NCBI GenBank assembly: GCA_977017575.1
Contig: CDRNVI010000059.1
Location: 186,001-250,000, forward strand
Reading direction: 5' to 3'
From: Paramoeba atlantica
Taxonomy: Eukaryota; Protista; Discosea
Length of the DNA stretch: 64,000 nucleotides
Under the pieces are notes generated by a model. It was not told the DNA's origin, did not search any database, and saw only the letters and a list, made by a program, of their open reading frames with translations. Shown here piece by piece: positions 9,770 to 21,621 of this stretch. Each line of letters opens with the position of its first letter. The stretch's first letter is position 1. A program made the translations under genes and the position numbers.

Positions 9770-10455
9770 GCTGCCGACAGCAAGTTTGAGGTTTTGGGTA
9801 CAGAGTGCAAGCGTTTGGAGAATGATTTCCTACCATACAATGCTTTGAATTCAACGAAAACCTGGTTATACATTTTTATCTACATGATACATGTATGTCC
9901 GCCCCAGGTGTAACTGTCGACGCACTTAGGAGTGATTTTCTCTACTTATCCCGTTTGTTTTTTATTTTAAAGAAGCCTACCACTCTGGGACAACGTCGAA
10001 ATGTGCTTGAATTGGTTCATCCTCATCAGCACATGCTTCTAAAATAGGGGAATGGCTTCTAAAATAAGCGAAACGCCTCTGAAATGGGTGTCGGCGGTTA
10101 AGTAGGTAGTATTCCCAACTCGAGCGTTCTCATGCAAGTCACCCACGCAATGTTCACCCGCGTCCTCCATGTTACTAATGAATGTCCACGACTATGAATA
10201 AAGATTGTGAAGACGAGCAACCTACTGATTGCCTTAATTAGAGCGCCGGTCAACCAATTTTTGTTCGGGAAAGAGTGAAGCATGGTTATGACATATTTTT
10301 TATTTTTTCAAGAAATCATTCTTGCAAAGAACATACAAACCGGAGCGATCAGTTTTATGTAAACTGTTTTCTAACAACATTTTTTATAAACGGTTTAAGT
10401 AGGGCAGGAGGCCTGCGACCAGCTAGATACGATTTCACAGTGACCTAGGCATGAG

Positions 10456-11310
10456 ATGTACAATAACGAATTAGCACTTTTTTCAACCTTCATACTCATG
10501 ATGAAGTTTTTACCCACTTACGGCGCCGATCATCAATCAAGCCTTCGGCGTGGACGTATTGATGGTTCTCTTTTGCCCCCAGAAGCACTACTGTGGCATT
10601 TGACCGCAAAAATAGACTACCGACATCCCAGTTGGGTACTTGAGAAACGAAACTTTTTCCGCACCTCGCGCGTGTCGCCTTGCACGTGGGCTGGTGTAAC
10701 ATGTGACGCACATAAAACCGTTGTGTCACTTGATTGGTCAAGAGAAAGTTTGTCTCATCCCATCAAATATCACATGCAGGGGAATCTCACGTGGGAGAAC
10801 TTACCACGAACCTTACAATCCGTCAGTGTCGCTCGACACCTTCTCCATGGTACGATGGATACGCGCGTGTTCCCCCCCGAATTAACTTCCTTTACGACGT
10901 CCGAAAACGGGCAATCCGGTCCAATCGATCTCTCTTCCCTTCCCTCGGGAATCACCACCGTACGATTTAATGTTAATGCACACACCGGGACTGTCGATCT
11001 CACTTCTCTCCCTGCTGGCCTTGTCTGCCTGAACCTTTCGCGAAATTTATTTACGGGGGAAATTGATCTCGGTTCTCTTCCAGGATCGTTACGTCGGCTT
11101 GTGCTCAGCAACAACCGACTTAGTGGGATTGTGGATTTTACGGCCATCCACGAACGTCGAGAAGTAGAAAGGGAAAAGGATATAGGCATTCTAACCATGC
11201 TTAGAGTCAACTTGGAACACAATTACTTTTCGCGCTATGTACCCGCAGGACCTTTGCCAAGGTTTGTGCCATGGGATCCCATGTCTCCGGATGAGAGTTC
11301 TGAACACTAA
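10456..11310 (+). CDS. leucine-rich repeat family protein
   Basis: N-cap CTWAGVTCD, repeats such as LNLSRNLFTGEIDLGSLPGSL, hydrophobic N-terminus. Confidence 0.85.
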   Translation: MYNNELALFSTFILMMKFLPTYGADHQSSLRRGRIDGSLLPPEALLWHLTAKIDYRHPSWVLEKRNFFRTSRVSPCTWAGVTCDAHKTVVSLDWSRESLSHPIKYHMQGNLTWENLPRTLQSVSVARHLLHGTMDTRVFPPELTSFTTSENGQSGPIDLSSLPSGITTVRFNVNAHTGTVDLTSLPAGLVCLNLSRNLFTGEIDLGSLPGSLRRLVLSNNRLSGIVDFTAIHERREVEREKDIGILTMLRVNLEHNYFSRYVPAGPLPRFVPWDPMSPDESSEH

Positions 11311-11705
11311 GTCTTCTACATTATCGACTTAGCTGAATAATGGTTGCATTGGGCGAAATATGTCTTTTCTTTTTTTTAAAAACAAAGTCTTTTGATGGGC
11401 TTTTACATTCTGTTTGGAAAAGAAATTGTAACAATAATTGTAACAAATGAAGTCTTATTTTAGTCAAAGTCTTATTTTTTCATGTTGATACAAATCGTGT
11501 ATTAGTGATTCCAGCGCAGTTTATTTAACTACTGAATATCAAAATAGGGGGTAAGGTTCAACATTTTTTTTATTTTGTGGGTTGTTCAGTCTTGACACCT
11601 AATTTCAAGCGTGTTTTCGATTAAAAAATCATTTCTGAAGTTTATGTAATGAATCTTTTGCAGTTTGGAACGCTCTGTTGTTAGTGTATTCTTTACTTGA
11701 ACAGA

Positions 11706-11758
11706 TTTTTCATCCTTTCTACTCTACTCTTATGTTTTCGCCATTTCTTTTTCAATAG
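11706..11758 (+). promoter_or_regulatory. putative trans-splice acceptor (polypyrimidine tract plus AG) upstream of SmB
   Basis: About 48-nt pyrimidine-rich tract ending ttcaatAG at 11757-11758, about 40 nt before the ATG. Confidence 0.5.
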
Positions 11759-11797
11759 AATTTCGTTTTTATTTGTTGTTCTTCCCGCCTTTCTCCT

Positions 11798-12202
11798 ATG
11801 CAAAGCGCGCGATTTAAGGCCGCGCGGCACTTAGGCAAACGTGTTCGCGTGTTCGTCACACCCGCTACTCACCCGTACCACATCGATGGCGTCTTGCGGG
11901 CCTTTGATGCTCACATGACCCTTGTGCTTACAGAGGCGATAGAAACGCGCACAGTGCGACGAAAAAGAGTACAGCCCGATGCAGAAGCTGTAGAAAATAC
12001 GGAGAAAAACGCAAAAACAAATGTAGAATTCGATGAGGAACAACGATCGCTGGGACTTGTCATTTTGCGCGGAGCCGAGGTGCTGAGCATTGGTGAAGTT
12101 CCGCAGGACAAGGCTTCGGCAGATAGGGGACGGAAAAGAGGACGTGCCGCCAATCTGCCGATTGTAGCAGAAGAAACGAAAACTTCTTTGTCTGCAGAGT
12201 AG
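11798..12202 (+). CDS. SmB: Sm protein, SmB-like
   Basis: Sm1 motif GVLRAFDAHMTLVLTEAIETR and Sm2 motif EQRSLGLVILRGAEVLS. Confidence 0.75.
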   Translation: MQSARFKAARHLGKRVRVFVTPATHPYHIDGVLRAFDAHMTLVLTEAIETRTVRRKRVQPDAEAVENTEKNAKTNVEFDEEQRSLGLVILRGAEVLSIGEVPQDKASADRGRKRGRAANLPIVAEETKTSLSAE

Positions 12203-12415
12203 AATTTTTTTCGGTATTCCGAAAAATAGCTTGAATCAAGAATTGCGAAAATATAGACTCATCAAGCATTTTTTGGAACTAATTTTGACACAAGAGTGTT
12301 TGTGCAGAAAAAATCATTATGTAACGTTGTGAGATAAATCCCCACATTTTACACTTACCTTTCAATCATAGGAATATAACTTATCCTCATTTCTTTTCCT
12401 ACATCCCGCCCTCCC

Positions 12416-12820
12416 ATGGAGGCACAGCGTAGAATGATCGACGTCGCACGTCGTCGCAAACTGCTCTACGGCCCCGGGGGTCGGATTCGTGTCACGGGGT
12501 TCCTGCAACTGCTGTGGACGGATTACCGCACCCACCTGAAAGTGCTTGTCGGGTGCATGGGGATTGTCTACTTGCACCATTGGATGGCCAACGTGATGTC
12601 GCGGGAGACGACGGCGATCGAGCAGCAGTACCACACGACCTCGGAACTTGCCATGCGGGACTCCGGGAAGCTGAAAGGGCCGCAGTACATTGCGCGTCCC
12701 GGACGTGTGACCTATGATGATGACGTGTATAATTTACCCACGATGGCGGGAGACATGATTTTGGGGGATACCCCAAAGCGTCCAAAATGTTTTGAGGAGA
12801 ATGCGGGGTCCGAGGGGTAG
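12416..12820 (+). CDS. hypothetical single-TM protein, possibly mitochondrial
   Basis: 134-aa ATG ORF with an Arg-rich N-terminus, one hydrophobic segment (LKVLVGCMGIVYLHHWMANV) and coding-like GC content, co-directional with neighbours. Confidence 0.65.
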   Translation: MEAQRRMIDVARRRKLLYGPGGRIRVTGFLQLLWTDYRTHLKVLVGCMGIVYLHHWMANVMSRETTAIEQQYHTTSELAMRDSGKLKGPQYIARPGRVTYDDDVYNLPTMAGDMILGDTPKRPKCFEENAGSEG

Positions 12821-13234
12821 GCCAGACAGGTTAGAAGCCTTCTAAACGGTTTTAATGGAAGGTGTGATTGGAGTTCGAATGGGGATGAGCACAAGAAAGG
12901 TGGAATTCCGCTTCAGCCGAATTTCCTGCAGGGTGGTATTGATAGAGGTCTCCGGGGCCTTCGATGAGTGCTCGGCAACTCGATGAGTCGCAAGCAATCG
13001 CGTCGTTGCGGTGTCTACGTCCTGTTTTCCAACAATGTTACCTGCTCCACATTTAGCTGATGGAGACCCGACCTTCCAGGGATTTGCCGACAAAATGATA
13101 TTCTATTAGCGAAACAGAGTCTTTGTGAGAAATTTAACGCTCTTCGTCAAGAAGCAGCATGTTGCTGAAATACGTTTTATGTTCGGAGGGATACGGCAAT
13201 GTATCATGTACGTCACTGCATGCGTCCCTTGTGT

Positions 13235-14620
13235 CGCTCAATGTTTATTTGGGTTATTGAAGAAGACGCAAACCATGCCCTGCAGCAGATCACAAGTGCC
13301 TCTTTCAGTTTTCAATAAGCAACATTATGTCGCCATTACACGTTCGGAATGGGTTTCGGAAAAATAAATTTTGTTCAGCGCTAAACGACAAATGTGGAGA
13401 TGCTTGTACTTTTGGGAATTTGAGGGCTTCCAATAGTCAGCCCCGAGCTGCCGATTTACGTAGTTGATCATAAGATCGAACTCGGACAAGTTCGCGTGAG
13501 ACGGTATTCTCAAAGTACCGGATCACTCTGCTTTTTTTGTCATTGTAAGTAAACATGGTTTCGATACTGTTCTTCGTATCTACTGAATTCGGAATACTTA
13601 ACGAAAGGAGAAAGAGCACAAAAGAAAAGAAAAAGAGGTGAACGCAGGTAGGGAGCACGGAGGTAGGGAGCAAGAGCTGTGGGACACATCATCTGTTTTC
13701 CTGTGAAAACCCCCGTTGATGCATTGCAGCGAAGTTTGCCGAGGATGATTCGCACAAATTACCAAACATTTTCAAAGGCATAAGCAAGTTAAATTACTCT
13801 CAGTATTTGATGCGTTGTCTGCTGTCACATGAATTACATCAACGCTACGATTTTCTCAAAGCTCAAAAAAAGATGCGGAGATTATCACGCAAGTTATTGC
13901 ATTCTTTGCTCCTGATAGCTTTCGCGTTCACAGTAAGTTGGCAGCGTGCATCTGGGTCATGCACGCAAACATTGAAGAATTCAATGTTTTGTATTTTACC
14001 GAGGTCAGAAAAAGCACTGGCATCGAATAAATTTTTCGGAAGAAGTGCTTCACCTCTTTTGACGATCGCAGCCTTTGTCTGATGTTCGCTCATGCTAGTG
14101 TTGATTGTTCCTTTCAACAGCTCACGCAGAATGCTCAAGGCAATTGTAGTAGAAGAGAACAGAGGGCATATATTTTTTCTTCCGTTGCCTCGGGGATAGC
14201 TCTCGTACTCAAATGAGTTTGCCGCAATTGGGGCACATTATGTGAATTCATGATCAGAATCATCAACTGGTTGTTTGCGATCAATTAGCATGTACATTCC
14301 CATGTGTCATATACATTCCCTTGATCTTTTCTTCGATCGCTACAAACTCTTCTTTGTACGCGGGGAGCCTATAATTTCTTTCCAGGAAGGATGGACGCTT
14401 TTAACATGCTCGATCAACACGGAGTGCGGGGGCTCGGATGACTTTTTGATAGGCTTATAGCCATACACCTTGTTTGGCCTTACTCACTTCGCACATAACC
14501 TGAATACTGGATTGGCTGGATTTCGCACAAACCATCACTCCATCAAGACCTAGCTTTCCGGCATTAGGATGTACTTTATTCAATATATTTTTTTTGCGGG
14601 CTTCGAGACATCTCGTTTGC
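13235..14620 (-). pseudogene. decayed hAT-like transposase
   Basis: Minus-strand fragments in hAT order: LGLDG, KIKGMYMTHGN, HIMC, and a C-terminal dimerisation-like YW...YKHLHICRLAL...SETHSERVMAT*CCLLKTER. Confidence 0.5.
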
Positions 14621-15609
14621 CTAGCGAAGCGCTTTCTACATATATTGAAAACGACCACCTATTTTAACGAAACGACTAAAAAAGAAAATATTAGGTAGAG
14701 AAAAATACGGGAACTGCGACAAAGGGGAAATCTAAAAAGAAGAGCACGACTTCCAGTGTACAACGCAAAGCGAAATCGAGCAAAAAAGAGGAGAACAAAT
14801 CTAAAATGGAGAGACAAACCGAGTAATGTTGGTAAACGCAAACGTGTGGAAACTAAACAGACTGCTGCGCAAACAAAGAACTCGAAAGTAAAGCGAGTAA
14901 ATAAGATTAAAAAGGGGACGTCACGGAAATAGGTAACGCAGGAAGGAATAGAATGCGATGAGATAATATACATGTACATAGTCCATTGTTTGAGCACTTA
15001 CTGTCCTCTTGAACAGCACGTCAGAACTTTTTATGTTCCTTCCTTCTTTTTGTATTTCTACATGTACACTGTATCATGTAGAAAAATCATGGTACAGCTG
15101 TTAATTATTACAGTATAGATAAGTTACTTATCTATACTATTTAAAGTAGTACATCAAAAATTAGTTCGACTTAAAGTAGTACGATACGTATTTTTATCTT
15201 AGGACTTCACTAAACATTTTATTGTTTTCTTGATCACCTAAGTAGTTCCTAACAACTAGACTTAATAGTCTGTACATTTTGTGCCATAATTTGGTTACCA
15301 TGTATTTTTTTGCAGTACATATTCATTTATATTCGTTCAATTTATATATGCGGAGGTAATAAGAATTGAAAACCTTGGTTTTGATGTAATTTATTTGTAA
15401 CCTTTATTATAAAGTTACACTCCATTCTATTGTGCCACTTTTAGTCTTGCATCATAAGAGACATATTGAGTATAATCAGTTTGCTTTCGAGCTCATTATT
15501 TTGAGTACATCATATGTCAATAGATGATGTTTTTACACAATGTACCCAAATGACTTTTGTAATCAAATTTTCATTCGCGTCTATCACAGTACTTTCCTTT
15601 TAAACATCC

Positions 15610-18600
15610 ATGCAATCATCGCGTGAGATTTACCTTGCCCGCCTGACACACTATCTAGAAGGCAACAACAGCGTCTTGGATCCTTTCCTGTGTATGTCTC
15701 ACCCTAGTCTATACCCTTCAGTACCCCAGATACCTGCCGCGACCTTCATGCTACACTATTCCGGACTGATAAAATCATCTATCCAGGATGAGGATAATGA
15801 CCATGAGGGTGCCGGTCCAAAGAAGAAAGCCCGTGTTTCTCGCTCGAAAGCGGATAAAGCCGAAAAAGAAATAAAAAACGTCCCCACAGAGAATCCTCCT
15901 GTCCAGGCCAATGAATTCCATCTCCTTTACGTTACTCGTATTCGTGAAACTGGTATTGAAGTGCAATTGCCCCATCGTCTGAAAGGATTCCTTCCCTTCT
16001 CCTTAATCTCCGTGGGGGAGCACTCCGATTGGGTACTCTCTGTGATACGGCGACACTGTGCCGTGCACTACGGACCTCTCCCCTTCCCCGTAGTTCCAGT
16101 CGGGTTGAGCCTACGAAACGGGGTCGTTCAGCTTTCTGCACTTTTTAAGCATACGAATATTGCTCGCCAACTTCAGCTTCGACAAGAATCGACACTCCCC
16201 TGTCCTGAGTCGGGTATTCAACAAACGCAGAAAGAAATTGAAAAACTGCTTTTACCTCCCATGCATGATTGGATAATGAATGAGACAAACATGAAACACG
16301 AACTAGAGCTACAATCTTATTTATGGGATCGTCAAAAGTGGTTGTGCTGTGACACAGGGCATGGAGTGGTACCCACCGACAAGACTTCGGAAGAGCAAAA
16401 GCTGAGTTCTACTCTTGCATTTAGCTCTCCGTTACGTGAGGTAAGCTATCTGGTAGGCCGAGTACTCCCCGCTCGGATCCAGAGCGTTCTCTCCAAAGGG
16501 GTTAAATTTTCCTTGCCGGGTGGGATCACAGGGATCGCATTCCGTCCCGCACGAGGCGGGAAACGAGGAAAGTCGGAAAAGCAAGGAGCGCAATCGCAAG
16601 CTCCTGCCACAGAGGAAATTGGAAATGAAGTCCCCATTCGTATTCTTGATTTTGACTTGGAGAACTCTCTGGTGGACGTAACAATGGATCTCCGATGGGT
16701 CAAAACAGCGCCAAGAACAGAAGCAGACTACGTGTCCATTCGACAAATGTTTGAGTCCACAGCCAACAGAGTACACAACGCATCTGCGGAGAATGATGAA
16801 TTTTTTCGTCCGTGTTCACCTTTTCAAAAGACTTGCTTTTCAGCCCATGTGATTCTGAACAAGTCCAATTACAGTATCGTAGCCGTGCATCTTACAAAAT
16901 CCAATGACTTCAAGGATAATTCCTCAAGTACCGTCCGTGATGCAGCAGAGAACAATGCGCAGAGCGAGGTGAAATACACACTCATTGCTTATATCCCACG
17001 CACGACAATATCAAATACGAACCACAGACAGAATACCCGTTCCGCTTCCGATACGAATTCTTCCTTGAAAGTAGGCACCACGATTCAAGTTCACTTTGCT
17101 CACCTCTGGTCTCCCCTGTTTCCGTTCTACGTTGTGAATACAATGTCGAACACACAAATCGGATCTTCCGAGCGCATTGAGCACACCATAACACCTTTTA
17201 TAACCCCCCTTCCCACTTCCGATGCATTCCTGCGACTTTTACAAAAGCCACTCCCTGATGAAGAAATCTTAGCCGATCCCGATCTCACCTATGCGCAACA
17301 CGCACTTCAACAACAAAACAGAATGAATCTCTACAACACAAACGAACGCCTCGTAATCGACGAACGCGCTCTTCCTCTTCCTTGGAAATGTACTTCCGCG
17401 AAACAAAAAAAGGAACTCTACTTTTATGGGTTAACCCGACCGAAGGTAAACCCATTCCTTCTTCAGTCCTCCACAAACGAAAAATCCATTCCTGAAAAAT
17501 TAAATTCTGAAAAATCAATTTCCGAAAAATCGCTTTCTGAAAAATCGGTTTCTGAACCATCCATTTCCGAGAACTCATCCAAGAACTCATCCCATCCCCT
17601 CTCCCGTCGTGCTCGCGAAACCCTCATCCAATCCGTCGAGGCGAAACACGCCCAAATCCAACACAACACTCCCCTCTCCCTGTCCTCTCTTCACGCCCTC
17701 TCCTCCTCGGAAGACTTCGAGCGCGCGCTGGTGACCTCTCCCCAAAATCCGGAACTCTGGGAAAAGTTCATCCACTTCGCTTCTGAGTCCGGAGCCCCGG
17801 AATCCGGTCGTCGTACTGCGGAACGCGCCTTGGGGGTTCTGGATGTGCGAAACGAGAGGGGCCGGTTTCTCGTTTGGGTGAGTTACCTGAAACTCGAGCA
17901 CACGTACGGGACCGCCGAGAGTGTGGAGAGTCTGTTGAAAAGAGCCACGTCGCAGTGCGACGCCCCGTTAAAGGTAGCGCTGCGTATGGCGGAGATCTAT
18001 GAGGAGGCGGGGGATCTCCATTCGGCTTTTTCGTTATTTCGACAACTCTTAATTGATAAAACCTATAAACATGTCCCGGAGGTCTGGATGCGGTATGGGA
18101 AACATTGTGTGCGCGCGCATCGGGTGGATGCGGTCCATGCGTTGTTAAAGAATGTGGTGCTGGCGCTGCCGAGTAAGCAGGAGCACTGTCTCGTGATGCT
18201 GCATGTGGGGCTGGCGTGGTATGGCAACGGGGAGGAGCTGAGAGGTCGGGCCCTGTTTGAACGACTCCTGGGGGAATACCCGAAAAAAGGCGATTTGTGG
18301 AATGTGTATGTGGATCAGGAAATGAGGGGGTTGAGGAGGAGCGCGCAGGGGGGGGAGAAATCGGAAGATTTGAACGAGAGCGAGAAAAAGAAAAGGAAGA
18401 GAGAAAAGAGAGCGCGTGAGAAACAGGGAGGTGAGGATGATTCGTTGTCGTTTGTGCATCGAATAACGCATATCCGTGAGATTTATCTTCGTATGACATC
18501 GTTGTCGCTTCCTCCACGTAAAATGGAGTCCTGTCTGTCTCGTTTTATGGAGTTCGAGAAACAGTATGGGGATGAGAAGAGTGTGGAGGTGGTGCGGAAT

Positions 18601-18648
18601 CGTGCGTTGTCGTATGTGGAGGCCAAGGAGAGAGAGGCGTCGGTGTAG
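15610..18648 (+). CDS. RRP5: rRNA biogenesis protein RRP5 (degenerate S1 region plus C-terminal HAT repeats)
   Basis: EDFERALVTSPQNPELWEKFIHF...GRRTAERAL...RFLVWVSYLKLEHTYG and GRALFERLLGEYPKKGDLWNVYVDQE. Confidence 0.85.
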   Translation: MQSSREIYLARLTHYLEGNNSVLDPFLCMSHPSLYPSVPQIPAATFMLHYSGLIKSSIQDEDNDHEGAGPKKKARVSRSKADKAEKEIKNVPTENPPVQANEFHLLYVTRIRETGIEVQLPHRLKGFLPFSLISVGEHSDWVLSVIRRHCAVHYGPLPFPVVPVGLSLRNGVVQLSALFKHTNIARQLQLRQESTLPCPESGIQQTQKEIEKLLLPPMHDWIMNETNMKHELELQSYLWDRQKWLCCDTGHGVVPTDKTSEEQKLSSTLAFSSPLREVSYLVGRVLPARIQSVLSKGVKFSLPGGITGIAFRPARGGKRGKSEKQGAQSQAPATEEIGNEVPIRILDFDLENSLVDVTMDLRWVKTAPRTEADYVSIRQMFESTANRVHNASAENDEFFRPCSPFQKTCFSAHVILNKSNYSIVAVHLTKSNDFKDNSSSTVRDAAENNAQSEVKYTLIAYIPRTTISNTNHRQNTRSASDTNSSLKVGTTIQVHFAHLWSPLFPFYVVNTMSNTQIGSSERIEHTITPFITPLPTSDAFLRLLQKPLPDEEILADPDLTYAQHALQQQNRMNLYNTNERLVIDERALPLPWKCTSAKQKKELYFYGLTRPKVNPFLLQSSTNEKSIPEKLNSEKSISEKSLSEKSVSEPSISENSSKNSSHPLSRRARETLIQSVEAKHAQIQHNTPLSLSSLHALSSSEDFERALVTSPQNPELWEKFIHFASESGAPESGRRTAERALGVLDVRNERGRFLVWVSYLKLEHTYGTAESVESLLKRATSQCDAPLKVALRMAEIYEEAGDLHSAFSLFRQLLIDKTYKHVPEVWMRYGKHCVRAHRVDAVHALLKNVVLALPSKQEHCLVMLHVGLAWYGNGEELRGRALFERLLGEYPKKGDLWNVYVDQEMRGLRRSAQGGEKSEDLNESEKKKRKREKRAREKQGGEDDSLSFVHRITHIREIYLRMTSLSLPPRKMESCLSRFMEFEKQYGDEKSVEVVRNRALSYVEAKEREASV

Positions 18649-19059
18649 GCAAGGGAAAGTGTGGATACGCGTTCGCTGTTGATTTTTCGGTTGATATTCA
18701 GCGTCGGGCTTAAGGCATTATGGTTGTAGTCCTGATAAAAATTGTCTTTCATCATATTGATAAGAGAGAAAAAGAGAGAGAGCGTTTCTGCTTATTCACA
18801 GTTTTCATTTATTTTATAGTATTATTTCTTCGTATTATTGCTTTAACCATTGACTTGAGAATAGACACACGACCTTGTTATTCATTTACGGTTTCGCATT
18901 TGTAATGTTCTGCGCTTACCATGAATTAGGGTCGCACAATGATGGGTACACATATTACAATGTAAGCTCTAGCTTTGTACGTGATGAACTATAAAAAGCG
19001 AAGAAAGGTTTGTTTTTGAAGTCGGTCGCACGCCTCAGAATATTGCCGTATCTCATTGA

Positions 19060-21621
19060 ATGGACCTTGAATTAAGCCACGAGGCGACACTGCTCTTTGG
19101 GTTCGCCGCATGGTCTTCTTCGAGAGTATGTCATTGGATTTATCAAAATAGGATGTCAAAACACAAGAAACAAGAACAGCAGTGGCAGAGCGCAGCATTA
19201 GAATTACTCGAACGTATTCGTTTGGATCGCCAGCGAATGATTGACCTTAAGTCTAACTATACCTATCAGCTTGATCGAGAGGAATTTATCGAGCTATTTG
19301 ATTGGGGGAAACGTATTGGAATCAAGGTTTCACATCCGGTACGTCAGCGCCTTGCAACGGAATTGCTTCATAGTGTGCAGCATGAATGGAGTTCCTCTGA
19401 ACAGCATGATTTTGATTCAGGAAACAATGAGACATACGAGGCGCTACCGCTATTTTTTCGTACTTCATTCTCATGTGAAAAGACTCTCTCTTCGGATGGT
19501 CTTTCCTGGGAGGATGTACTTTTTCGTTGTCCAGAGCTCACGAATCTTCTGCCACGTGAAGTGCGCAAGGCAGTGCGTCGTCATTTAAGATCGCGCACGA
19601 GGTCCCATCTTTTTTCCATGTTCCGTTACTTATTTATGCGTTCGGGCATAAAACTTGCCATAACTTTGCTGATTATCCCATTCTCGGCTACGTATACATG
19701 GCATGATATTCATATCAAGGCGGAGCAGACAGAAAAATGCGAATCCTTAATCGCACGCATTCTTCAAAGAAATCAAAGCTTAAAGGAATCCTATAATAAG
19801 GACCATTGGTTTGGTCCACATGACCCTACCTTGTTCTGTGATATTGGTAACCATATCCTTACAATGGCTGCAACATGGGTCATGACATCTGCAACACAGG
19901 GCTTGATTTCTCGATTAGGCCAGGAGGGTGCGCGATGGTATCGAAGGATTCAGAAGCAACAACTTTACGTTGCCCTATCGAAACTTCCTGCAACTTTTTA
20001 TGACTTTCACAGTGCCGCTGATGTGGAGCAGATTGTCTATTATGTAGATGATTTAGAGGGAATTGACGTCCAAGTGTTTTTACACCTCGTTCATGGAACT
20101 CGGGGAATACTTCGAGTCATTGCGCTGAGTAAAATGCTTCGCTCATCATCGAAAGTTGGAAGTTTACTTTTACTTTCCTATGTCATGCAGAACGCCAAGG
20201 AGTGGTTGCGCGAGTACATTACAACGCTTTTGTTGGATGACACAGATATGTCGAGCGTTCATAAAGGGGATTCTTGCTTAAGCTCTCGGTCCAGTTCTCA
20301 ACAATCCGTAGGATTCTCTGTACTTTTAGAGAACATGCGGACGTTTCGTGCCATGAATATTGATCAGTCACTTTGGAAGTCTTTTAGGCTTATACCAGAG
20401 GAAGCTTCCTGTGGCTCTTCTCGAATGTCCAACATGCTATGTAACGTTCAACATTTCCTTTGCCATTTCCTGCAGCAGGAAGTTTCGTGCCTAAGCACAA
20501 GTACCTTTGGTGCAGTATGGTCTTCCATGCAACTTTTTATAATTTCCATTCTATTTCCCTCGTTTAACAGTATTGCACAAGTTTATCAAGCAAGAACCTT
20601 ACTGAATGAGTGTCTTGCGGAGGCTTCATCTTTACCAATGTTAACTCATATTATTTCACTCCAGGCTTCTAAGGCGCACGTGCTGTGCAACATCCTTGAC
20701 TATACCCCACAAGAGCGTACGTTGATCCCTAAAACACCCGAAGAGCCTTCGTGCACAGAGGAAGTAGGTGCATGTGTTTATTCCGGGAGCATAGTTTTTT
20801 CGAACGTCACTTTTGCCTATCCTACCCGCCCAGATATCCCGGTCTTAAATCATTCGAATCTCACACTTCCACTGGGCAGTTTTTGCGCCATCCAGGGCCC
20901 GAATGGTAGAGGAAAGTCAACACTTCTACTTTTGCTGTGCGGCGTATACACTCCGCAGCAGGGCAGTCTTGCGCTGGAGTTCGTCACGACATGCAAACGT
21001 TTGGTGGATACACTATCACCTGAATATTGTATCGAGATGACAACAAGAAACTTTTGCGAAGTTGTTAAAGAATTTCATGTAGGCATGTTGTCCTCCGTGA
21101 CTGGCTACGTTCCTCAAATTTTTATTCAGCTTCCAGGTAGCATTATGGACAATGTTATTTGTGCTCGAGATGGGTATGGTCAAGGCGATGTCATTCGGGC
21201 CTGCAAGCAAGCAGGTCTGCACAGGATGATTTCAAGTCTTCCAGAGGGCTATCACACAAAACTTGGAGCTAAGAGTTACTCACTAAGTCAGGGTCAGGCG
21301 CAACGGCTATCACTTGCACGAGCCCTTCTCACGCGACCGCGTATCTTACTTTTAGATGAGCCCACGTCTGCTCTAGACAAGGAAAATGAATTACATGTTA
21401 CAGATTTTCTACATTCTTTTGTAGCTTCCAAGTCTGACTCTACGATGAAATTGAAATCTTCGCTAACTACGAGATCTGTTTCCGTTCCTTCCTATAATTT
21501 TACAGGAAGGGGAGATTTAACTACGGAAGAAACATCATTACATTGTATTCCTCGAACTGTGATATGCGCCACACATTCTTCCACAGTGATACGAAGTGCT
21601 GACTACAAGATTTCACTTTAA
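19060..21621 (+). CDS. ABC transporter, ABCB-like half transporter (TMD-NBD)
   Basis: Walker A GPNGRGKST, signature LSQGQ, Walker B LLLDEPTSALD, A-loop FAYPTRPD, and hydrophobic N-terminal segments. Confidence 0.85.
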   Translation: MDLELSHEATLLFGFAAWSSSRVCHWIYQNRMSKHKKQEQQWQSAALELLERIRLDRQRMIDLKSNYTYQLDREEFIELFDWGKRIGIKVSHPVRQRLATELLHSVQHEWSSSEQHDFDSGNNETYEALPLFFRTSFSCEKTLSSDGLSWEDVLFRCPELTNLLPREVRKAVRRHLRSRTRSHLFSMFRYLFMRSGIKLAITLLIIPFSATYTWHDIHIKAEQTEKCESLIARILQRNQSLKESYNKDHWFGPHDPTLFCDIGNHILTMAATWVMTSATQGLISRLGQEGARWYRRIQKQQLYVALSKLPATFYDFHSAADVEQIVYYVDDLEGIDVQVFLHLVHGTRGILRVIALSKMLRSSSKVGSLLLLSYVMQNAKEWLREYITTLLLDDTDMSSVHKGDSCLSSRSSSQQSVGFSVLLENMRTFRAMNIDQSLWKSFRLIPEEASCGSSRMSNMLCNVQHFLCHFLQQEVSCLSTSTFGAVWSSMQLFIISILFPSFNSIAQVYQARTLLNECLAEASSLPMLTHIISLQASKAHVLCNILDYTPQERTLIPKTPEEPSCTEEVGACVYSGSIVFSNVTFAYPTRPDIPVLNHSNLTLPLGSFCAIQGPNGRGKSTLLLLLCGVYTPQQGSLALEFVTTCKRLVDTLSPEYCIEMTTRNFCEVVKEFHVGMLSSVTGYVPQIFIQLPGSIMDNVICARDGYGQGDVIRACKQAGLHRMISSLPEGYHTKLGAKSYSLSQGQAQRLSLARALLTRPRILLLDEPTSALDKENELHVTDFLHSFVASKSDSTMKLKSSLTTRSVSVPSYNFTGRGDLTTEETSLHCIPRTVICATHSSTVIRSADYKISL

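Noticed and set aside
14659-14997. 112-aa hydrophobic minus ORF and Lys-rich plus-strand fragments
   Set aside because: Explained by A-rich composition; the plus frames are broken and have no recognisable family.
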